Of a stretch of 64,000 nucleotides of DNA, positions 45,471 to 54,800 are shown piece after piece. Below the pieces are notes generated by a model. The model had not been told where the DNA came from, ran no database searches, and worked only from the letters and a program-made list of their open reading frames with translations. This stretch comes from a virus: the IMG/VR virus record IMGVR_UViG_3300020430_000007, one strand, 5' to 3'. Numbering within the stretch: the stretch's first letter is position 1; the number at the start of each line of letters is the position of its first letter. The position numbers and the translations under genes are program-made.

Positions 45471-46229
45471 ATGGCTAAAGGATTTAAGGTGGTAACCACT
45501 CCACCCGCTACAGAAAAAAAGGAAGACTGGTGGTCTGTAGAAAAAGGAAAAGAATTAATCAAAGGTAAAAGCATTGTTTTTTGTTTGCCTGGTCGTGGTG
45601 TTTCTTACATATTTTTAAAAGCGTTTGTGCAACTTTGTTTTGATTTAGTACAAAGTGGTGCAAGTATTCAAATATCTCAAGATTACTCATCAATGGTAAA
45701 CTTTGCACGATGTAAGTGTTTAGGTGCGAATGTGCTTAGAGGACCTGATCAATTACCATGGGACGGTAAACTGAAATATGACTATCAACTTTGGATTGAC
45801 AGTGATATTGTTTTCAACCTAGAAAATTTTTATCGAATAGTTTGTATGGACAAAGATATCGCTGCTGGTTGGTATGCGACTGAAGATGGTAAGACAACAT
45901 CCGTTGCACATTGGCTTGAAGAAGATGACTTCAAGGAAAATGGCGGAGTTATGAATCATGAGATGGTTGATGGCATTCAAAAACGCAAAAAACCATTTAC
46001 AGTTGACTACACTGGATTTGGTTGGTTATTAATTAAAAAAGGAGTGTTCGAGCATAAAGAAATGACTTATCCTTGGTTCGCACCTCAAATGCAGGTTTTT
46101 GAATCTGGAGAGGTTCAAGACATGTGTGGTGAAGATGTATCTTTTTGCTTAGATGCTATCAAGGCGGGATTTGAAATTTGGTGTGACCCTCAATGTCGTG
46201 TTGGTCATGAGAAAACAAGAATTATATAG
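45471..46229 (+). CDS. GT-A-fold glycosyltransferase-like protein (conserved in cyanomyoviruses)
   Basis: LWIDSD (DxD), GFGWLLIK..VFE, GEDVSFC, VGHEK. Confidence 0.7.
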   Translation: MAKGFKVVTTPPATEKKEDWWSVEKGKELIKGKSIVFCLPGRGVSYIFLKAFVQLCFDLVQSGASIQISQDYSSMVNFARCKCLGANVLRGPDQLPWDGKLKYDYQLWIDSDIVFNLENFYRIVCMDKDIAAGWYATEDGKTTSVAHWLEEDDFKENGGVMNHEMVDGIQKRKKPFTVDYTGFGWLLIKKGVFEHKEMTYPWFAPQMQVFESGEVQDMCGEDVSFCLDAIKAGFEIWCDPQCRVGHEKTRII

Positions 46230-46255
46230 ATACCTGTAAAGAATGTTTACAGTGT

Positions 46256-46429
46256 ATGGAAAAGTATGATATATATGTTGAGGGAGTAAAAGAATTCTCT
46301 TCTGTTAATGAAGAGGAGATGCTTGACATTACTCAAGCACTTGCCGACGAGTTTTATAACTCAGGTTACCCTCATCCCGACGAAATAGAAATTAAATACC
46401 TGGGAACCGACGACCAGGATTCCGACTGA
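46256..46429 (+). CDS. Small acidic hypothetical protein (57 aa)
   Basis: MEKYDIYVEG..LADEFYNSGYP. Not in the ORF track. Confidence 0.6.
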   Translation: MEKYDIYVEGVKEFSSVNEEEMLDITQALADEFYNSGYPHPDEIEIKYLGTDDQDSD

Positions 46430-46455
46430 CTATCAGGCGACGGAGCATCCTAATT

Positions 46456-46484
46456 GACCTTCTCGACAGAGGAGGTCTTTTTTT
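46456..46484 (+). terminator. Rho-independent terminator
   Basis: GACCTTCTC-GACA-GAGGAGGTC stem followed by T7. Confidence 0.8.
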
Positions 46485-46525
46485 GCCTCTAAATAGATAA
46501 ATATACCGAGATTGTAAACGTTCAA

Positions 46526-46930
46526 GTGCCTGTCCAACGTTTTTCGCAGGGTTTTAAGGACATATCTTTGTCTTTCAAAACTCATCCAGTAACAAATGAT
46601 ATACTTGCATTGAAAAATGAGGATGCAATAAAACGTTCTGTCCAAAATTTGATAAGAATACAATTAGGAGAGGTATTTTTTAATGATTTGTTAGGTACTA
46701 GAATAACTGGTGCGTTATTTGAGCTTGCCAACGATGATTTTGTTGATCCTATAGTAACAGAAATAGAAACTACGATAACAAACAACGAACCTAGAGTGGA
46801 ATTGACTGATGTTGATGTTCAATCACAACCTGATAATAATTCTTTAGATATTAGGATATCTTATGATCTCGTTGGTTTATCTGCACCAACTCAAATTTTA
46901 CAATTCGTCTTAGAACCAACTAGGCTATAA
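46526..46930 (+). CDS. gp25: Baseplate wedge subunit gp25
   Basis: FKDISLSF..HPVTNDI..AIKRSVQNLI..GE.FF..EPRV; preceded by TAAATA boxes. Confidence 0.9.
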   Translation: MPVQRFSQGFKDISLSFKTHPVTNDILALKNEDAIKRSVQNLIRIQLGEVFFNDLLGTRITGALFELANDDFVDPIVTEIETTITNNEPRVELTDVDVQSQPDNNSLDIRISYDLVGLSAPTQILQFVLEPTRL

Positions 46931-48807
46931 TGGCACTTCAACAATTTACAAATCTAAATTTTGAAGATATAAAATCTTCATTAAAAGACTACTTGAGAGA
47001 AAATTCTAATTTTTCAGATATGGATTTTGAGGGTTCTAACCTCTCAATTCTCATAAACACTCTTGCTTATAACTCATACATCACTGCATACAACACCAAC
47101 ATGGTGGTGAATGAGACTTTTATTGACTCTGCTACATTAAGAGAGAATGTTGTATCATTAGCACGTAATATTGGATATGTTCCTCGCTCAAAAACTGCTG
47201 CAAAAACTAAAGTAGATTATTTCATTACAGGTATATCTACATCTACATCAATAATTGTTTTTGAATCAGGTGTAATTGCAAATGGAACTGTATCTAATGC
47301 TAATTATATTTTTTCGTTACCAGAAGAAGTAACTGGAACTGTTGTTGATGGAATATCACAGGGAACCATAGAAATTTGTCAAGGACAATATTTAGAATCC
47401 CAATTTAGAATTGATAATTCTCAACCAAACCAAAGATTCATATTACCAAATTCTGATATCGACACCTCTACAATAAGAGTAAGTGTACTAGAAAGTTCTG
47501 GAAGTAATACAAGCACTGAATATAAATTAGCAGAAAATATAATTGGTATCACATCTACTTCTAACATATATCTTTTACAGGAAACAACTGACGAAAGGTA
47601 TGAGTTATTGTTTGGTGATGGTGTATTTGGTGATAAACTAGAATCTGGAAATATAGTCAATGTTTCTTACATTAAAACAAGTGGAAAGCAAGGTAATGGT
47701 GTAGCAGGTTTCAAATTTGCAGGTGCAATTAGTGATCAAGATGGTGCAATTTTAGATGGATTTACCGCTACCTTAAATGCACAATTTCCATCAGAAAATG
47801 GTGATGACATAGAAGATCTTGATAGTGTAAGGTACTATGCACCAAGAGTTTACTCATCTCAACATCGAGCAGTAACTGCCTCTGATTACGAAGCAATATT
47901 ACCATCGATATATTCTAATATAGAGTCTGTTAGTGCGTATGGAGGCGAACAATTAGATCCACCTCAATTTGGAAGAGTGTTCATATCAGCTAAACCTAAA
48001 AATGGATCTTTCTTGTCTGACTTTACTAAAAAAGATATATTGTCATCTTTAAAAAGTTATTCTGTAGCAGGTATAGTGCCAACGTTTGTTGACCTTAAGT
48101 TTTTATTTGTAGAGATTGATAGTTACATTTATTATAATCCTAATTTTGCAGGAAATGAGGAAAGTATAAAAACTTCTGTAATAAATTCCCTCACATCTTT
48201 TTCAACAGGTAAGGAACTAAATCAATTTGGTGGCAGATTTAAGTACAGTAAGGTATTGTCATTGATAGACAATGTTGATAGTTCAATCACCTCTAACATA
48301 ACAACAGTAAGGATAAGAAGAAATCTTATCGCTGCAATAAACCAATTTACTCAATATGAGTTGTGTTTCTTAAACGCTTTCTATTGTAAAGAAGATAGTT
48401 TTAATATAAAGTCTACTGGATTCAACGTGTCTGGAGTCTCAGGAACTTGTTTTTTCACTGATCAAAAAATTGACAGTGAAAATGGTAAACTTATTCTCTT
48501 TCAAATACTTACTGATAACTCGATAAAAATTATCTCAAATAATTTTGGAACAGTAGAATATAAAAAAGGTGAATTGATTATAGATACTGTGAATATAACA
48601 TCTACAGTGCTTTCAAATAACATAATAGAGGTAGAGGCAACTCCAGACTCTAATGATATATTAGCAAGAAATGAATTGTATTTGCAATTTGAAGTGTCAA
48701 AGAGTAACTTCTTTATGAGAAAAGATTCAATATCCTCTGGTGCAGATACCTCAGGAGCAAGGTTTACCCCACAATCTAGTTACCAATCTGGTAGTAGAAC
48801 ACGATAA
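46930..48807 (+). CDS. gp6: Baseplate wedge subunit gp6
   Basis: LNFEDIK..DFEGS..LAYN..FIDSATLRENVVSLARNIGY, FGDGVFG, RAVTASDY. Confidence 0.92.
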   Translation: MALQQFTNLNFEDIKSSLKDYLRENSNFSDMDFEGSNLSILINTLAYNSYITAYNTNMVVNETFIDSATLRENVVSLARNIGYVPRSKTAAKTKVDYFITGISTSTSIIVFESGVIANGTVSNANYIFSLPEEVTGTVVDGISQGTIEICQGQYLESQFRIDNSQPNQRFILPNSDIDTSTIRVSVLESSGSNTSTEYKLAENIIGITSTSNIYLLQETTDERYELLFGDGVFGDKLESGNIVNVSYIKTSGKQGNGVAGFKFAGAISDQDGAILDGFTATLNAQFPSENGDDIEDLDSVRYYAPRVYSSQHRAVTASDYEAILPSIYSNIESVSAYGGEQLDPPQFGRVFISAKPKNGSFLSDFTKKDILSSLKSYSVAGIVPTFVDLKFLFVEIDSYIYYNPNFAGNEESIKTSVINSLTSFSTGKELNQFGGRFKYSKVLSLIDNVDSSITSNITTVRIRRNLIAAINQFTQYELCFLNAFYCKEDSFNIKSTGFNVSGVSGTCFFTDQKIDSENGKLILFQILTDNSIKIISNNFGTVEYKKGELIIDTVNITSTVLSNNIIEVEATPDSNDILARNELYLQFEVSKSNFFMRKDSISSGADTSGARFTPQSSYQSGSRTR

Positions 48808-51800
48808 ATGATACAGACATCCATCACTAAAGTAAAAGTCAGTGAAGTAATTCAGGGTCAAATACCTGAACACATAGACGTTGAAAATCCTTTATTTTCT
48901 GAATTTTTAAGACAATACTATATCTCTCAAGAATTTCAGGGAGGTGTCATTGATATTGCTGATAACTTATCAGATTATAAAAAATTAGATTTCTTAAATA
49001 ATGAAAATCTGATAGGTTTTACCTCACTTACTAATTTTACAAACGCAAATGAGGAGACAATATTTGTAGAGTCAACGAAGGGTTGGCCTAGACAATATGG
49101 TTTACTAAAAATTGATGATGAAATTATTACGTATAGTGGCATAGGTTCAACATCATTTATAGGATGCACACGTGGATTTAGTGGAATTGAAAATAACTCA
49201 AAAACTAATCAACCAGAATTTTTAACATTTAGTCAAACTGGTGTAAGCACACATAAAGAAGATTCAAGAGTTACTAATCTAAGTAATGTGTTTTTGAACA
49301 CATTTTTAAAAAAATTAAAAAATCAATTTTTGCCAGGTTTTGCTGAAAGAAACATTAATACAAACGTAAATCAAGCAAATTTTATAAGACAAGCAAAAGA
49401 TTTTTATAAGTCAAAAGGAACAGAAGAGGCATTTAAGATACTTTTCGGAGCATTATTTAATGAAAAAGTAGAGATGGTTCAACCATCTAAATTCTTAATA
49501 AGACCTTCAGATGCAGATTTTATTGTAAACGATGTATTGGTGTGTGAAGCAATAAAAGGTGACCCAGAAAAAATAAAAGGTCAAAGTTTGATACAGGATA
49601 CACAACCACTACAAACAAGTGCATCAATTTTTGACGTAGAACGTGCTACCATTGATGGTAAGAAGTTTTATAAGATTGCAGTGGATCAAAGCAGTCTTGT
49701 TGGTAAATTTAAACAAATTGGTAAAACATTCATAACTAAAACCTCTGGTATAGGTGAAACAATACTAAACGTCGATTCCACTGTAGGTTTTGGAACCACT
49801 GGAACAATAAATTTTGAGGATAGAATTTTTAATTATACAAGTAAAAACCTTACACAATTTTTTGGTATATCAGCGTTTACGTCTCCTTGTGGCATAGGAT
49901 CTACCGTTACATCTGGATTAGAAGCATTCTCATTTGAGGATGGTGATCTAAGTAAAATTGTTAGAGTAAACGTACTGGGAGTATTGAGTGAGTTTGTGGG
50001 AGATGCATTTAATCAACAAACTAACAGTGATATCAACGTAAAGACATTAGGTATTGAGCAAAAAGAATTACGATGGTCATCATGGATTTACAACACCACT
50101 GCAAGTCATAGTTTAGTTGGTTTTGAGGATTTAGGTGGTAATAGTTATAGATTTGATTTAGTTAATAGTCATGTTTTTTATGTTGGTGACAAATTAGATA
50201 TTATTGATCAAGATGGTATCATACAAGAAGGAACTGTCTCAAGTACACCTAATGATAGGAGTGTTGTGGCATCAACAGGTAACCTAGATCCACAAATTAA
50301 GTATTACATTCGTAGAAGACTAAAAACAACATCTGATGGATTTACTGCTGATATACAAAACACTTATACTGATAATGAGACAGTAGTTGTAGCGTCTAAT
50401 AGTTTACCTCACTGGACCATAGACCCACAAAAAAGAGTAAGAACGTTTGTCTCAAGTTTAAATAATGCTGGCACAATAATCGAGGTTACAGATCATAATT
50501 TTCATGATGGTGAATTAGTTGTTTATTCCTGCTCATCTACAAAATTAACAAACTTAATAAACAATCAACCTTATCATATTAAAAAAATTGATAATAATCG
50601 GGTTGCATTGGCATACTCTTTAGAAAATGTTCGTAACTCTGTTCTTATAACAGCATTCACAGATGATGATGTTGCTAACACTACCTTACATTTTTTGACT
50701 CCAGATGTTGTTTTTGGTAGCACTATTGGGGCACAAAAATTACTTAGAAGGTTTGACGAACCTCAATTTGCAGAAACAAAAACTAAAACTGTTCAGGGTG
50801 GAGTTGGTTTATTTGCAAATGGTGTAGAACTTTATTCTTATAAAGCAACTGACAAAGTTTTTTATGGACCTATTGAATCTGTTGATATCTTAAATTCTGG
50901 TTCAGGTTATGATGTAATTTTTCCTCCCAGATTATCAGTCACTCAAACTGGACATACAGGTGTAGGGTGCTCTGCAATCACTCATGTTGAAGGAAAGTTA
51001 GTAGACATACTGGTCGATACGGAGGGACTTGATTACATAACAACTCCCACGGTTTCTATCACAGGTGGTAATGATACAAGTGCTAGAGCGAGAGCACAAA
51101 TGAAATTGGTAGATCAAGAGGTTGAGTTTGATAGCACCTCGCAAGCAGGTATTGTAAATTTAATATCTGATAGATTTGTTTTTTCAAAACCTCATGGATT
51201 CAAACATGGTGAAGAAATTATATATCGTTCTAATAAAAGTGATGCTATTGGGATAGGAACAACACCAGGTAAACTCATTGATGAGGCATCATATTTTGTT
51301 GTAAAAATAGATGATTTTCAAATTCACATATCAGAAACAAAACAAGATGCTACCTTAGGTATTGGAACAATAGATTTACTATCTCATGGTGGAGGAGTTC
51401 AAAGTTTTTTTGCAACACAAAAAAGAAGTAAAGTTGATCAAATAGTTATTGAAAATGCAGGTAAATTTAAGAATAGACAAAATACTGCAAAAGATTCTAC
51501 AGGCATCAATACCTTTACAAATACTATTTCTATAATAGATCATAATTTTATATCAGGTGATACTGTTAGGTATAGTGCAGATGATGCGATAGGTGGATTA
51601 GTAAGTGGCACTGATTATTTTGCAAATGTCATTGACACAAATACATTTAGGTTGTCATCTCAAAAAGATTTATCTGACATAATATCATTTGGAAGTATTG
51701 GATCTGGAACTCACACATTTCAAGACCCACCTATAGAGGTGGTGTTATCTGGAAGACAAGGTATTGTAACAACAAATTCTCTGGCAACTCCTATCGCCAG

Positions 51801-54800
51801 AGGAAAAATAATTGGTTTACATATAGAAAATGCAGGCACAGATTTTGGGTCAACTGTTATCAATGATAATAACAAACCAGATATAAAAATTGTAGAGGGT
51901 GAAAAATCATTTTTACAAGCTTTTGTTATAAATGGCAGGATAGATCAAATAATTATACTAAGTGGTGGAGAACAATTCTTTAGCACTCCTGATATTATCA
52001 TAACTGGTGATGGGGTTGGTGCAAAAGCAAAAGCAGTGATAGAAAATGGATCGATAGTAAGAATCGACATGATTAATAAAGGTATAAGTTATAGTCAAGA
52101 AAAAACAAGTGTTAGAGCAAGAACGCCAGGATCTAGTGCAATTTTTTCAGGCAATATTAAAGAGTGGACTGTTAATCAAGTTGAGAAATTAGCAAAATAT
52201 GGTGATGTAAAAAATGATGATGGATTTTTTGAAAATATTAAAGTTGCTTCACTAGGCAACCCTTATGTCAATTATTACGTACCAAGAAACTTAAGATCAT
52301 ATCTAGGAGATGACGGAACAACACACTCTCCAATTATAGGGTGGGCATATGATGGACATCCTATCTACGGTCCTGTTGGAATTGTTAATGGAACTTTAAA
52401 AATATTAGATTCTAGTTATTCTAAACTTTCAGGTACAGAGAGACCTAATGGACCTCCACTCAACATTTATCCTGCAGGATTTTTCTGTGAAGATTTTACC
52501 TTTATCGAGGGTTATGGTGATTTAGATGAGCATAACGGTAGATTTGCTGTTACTCCAGATTTTCCAAATGGAATTTATGCTTATTACGCAACGGTAGATA
52601 AAATTGCCACTCAAAATCCATTAGATCCCTTTGATGGTATAAGAAGACCAATTTTTCCCTATGTTATTGGTGATTCTTACCATTCATCTCCAATTGAATT
52701 TAATCTATCTCTAAACTCTATACAAGACATAGATTTCAATAAAACTAACTTCATAAGAAACACCGACCCTCATAATATCAATGAGTACGAGTTTGTCACA
52801 AATTCTAATAAAAATACATTTACAAATTCAAAAATACTTTCTATAAAATCAAATTCTTTAGATAACATATCGATAATTGAATCTGGTAGAGAATACAATG
52901 TAGGAGATACTCTTACTTTTGATAATAAGAATACAGAAGGTTTTGGTGCTATCGGAAAAGTTGTTGAGGTTACAGGTCCTACAATATCAACTATTACGTC
53001 AACAATAACTGATTTTGAAAATGTTACCTTCTTCACCTCTAGTAATTTTGTTACTGGTGTCACAACATTACCTCACAATTTATCAAACAATACTTTTGGA
53101 GAGGTATTAGGCACACCAACAGCATTGTTGTCAACACCAAAAATAAAAGTAGAATCTATTCGTTCTATACTTACAGATCCAATGTTGTCTGTTGGTCTGA
53201 CAACAGACGTTTCGTTTAGTGATAGATTTTCGACTAAAAAATTTGGTATCAATGATATTATTAAAATTGATGATGAACAACTTAAGGTTTTTGGATTTAA
53301 TTCTTTATCAAACAAATACAAATTATTGAGAGCACAAAATGGCACTGTATCTGCTGCACATACTTTTGGATCAATCATAGAAAGACAAGAGAGAAAATTT
53401 ACATTTCCCCTCCCAAATAATTTTAAGGATGTTGTAAAAGAAAATTTCACCAGATTTTTTGATGCGACTAGTGTTGTAGGTGTTGGATTGACATTTGGTG
53501 TGGGTGTGGGTGTAACTATATCAATCGATAATGTAGATAGATTTATTCCAACAAGAAGTATTTTTATAGAAAATAATGATTTTTCACACGGTGAGAAATT
53601 GCTTTATAGTGCTGGTGCAGGAACATCATTAACGTATCAAACTGATGCGATGAAGCGTGTCAATACCAACTTTAAAAGTCCTCTGCCACCAGAGGTGTTT
53701 GTTCAAAAAATAGACAATAATCTTATTGGAATAGTCACCACAAGAACTGGTATTGGATCTGATTTAGATAGAGTTATGTTTGATACCACTACAGGTATAG
53801 GAAACACACATAATTTTACAACTACAAGAGGAGAAGTAAAAGGAACATTTAGAGTTGTTGATGTACAAGCAACCACTGTAGGGGTACATAGCATGAGACC
53901 AAACGACAAAATTAATTTGTCTATTGTCTCTTCAGGAACTAGTGTCGTTACTGCAACATATGATTCTGGAACAAGGTTTGTAAGTATAGGATCTACAAAT
54001 AACCCACCTTTATCAGTGACTATTGGTGACACCTTAATTATCAATACTGATGATGGATCTATGTTAGATACAAAATTGAAGTTCTTTTTAGATCAAGAAT
54101 ATAAAAAACCATTTGTAGGATCAGGTGTTTCTGCTGTTGAGATAAGAGAAAATTCAATACCTGGCAACTTAGCAGGATTGACATCTATCACATTTACACC
54201 TCAAGTTCCAGATATATTATACTATAAGTTTGTCCCTGTTGGAACTGGCATAAACTCAAAAGTAATAGAGGTAGATGAAGACGTTGTTGATTACTCTAAA
54301 ATTGTTGTAAACACAAGTAAATTTGCTGGTAAACATTCTATTACAACCACTGGTAGTAATACATTCAATTATAATATCGCAAGCGTACCAGAAAAAGTAG
54401 GATATTCATCTTCATCTGAACTAAAATACACCATAGATTCAAAAACTCAACGAGGTGGAGTAGGAAGAATTTTACTATCATCTGGTGGCACAGGTTATAA
54501 AGATATACCAGAGGTTTCTGTCGCATCAACCACAGGTAGATCTGCCTCTGTAAAAGCGATTGGAGAAAAAATTGGTGAAATTAATAATGTTCAAATAGTT
54601 GATTTTGGATTTGACTATCCGTCAGACAATACATTGAGACCTGAGGCAGAGGTCGCTCAAATTATATCATTGAAAGATAATTTTAGTGTAACAAGTGTTG
54701 GTATCACATCTGTTGGATCAAAGTACTTAACTCCTCCTAATTTTGTTGTATATAATAGAAAAACAAATACTATATCTGAAGAGTCTCAATTTTTTGCAGA

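Noticed and set aside
52320-52590. YHYH-like domain within gp7 as a novelty
   Set aside because: A usual component of cyanomyovirus gp7-like proteins.
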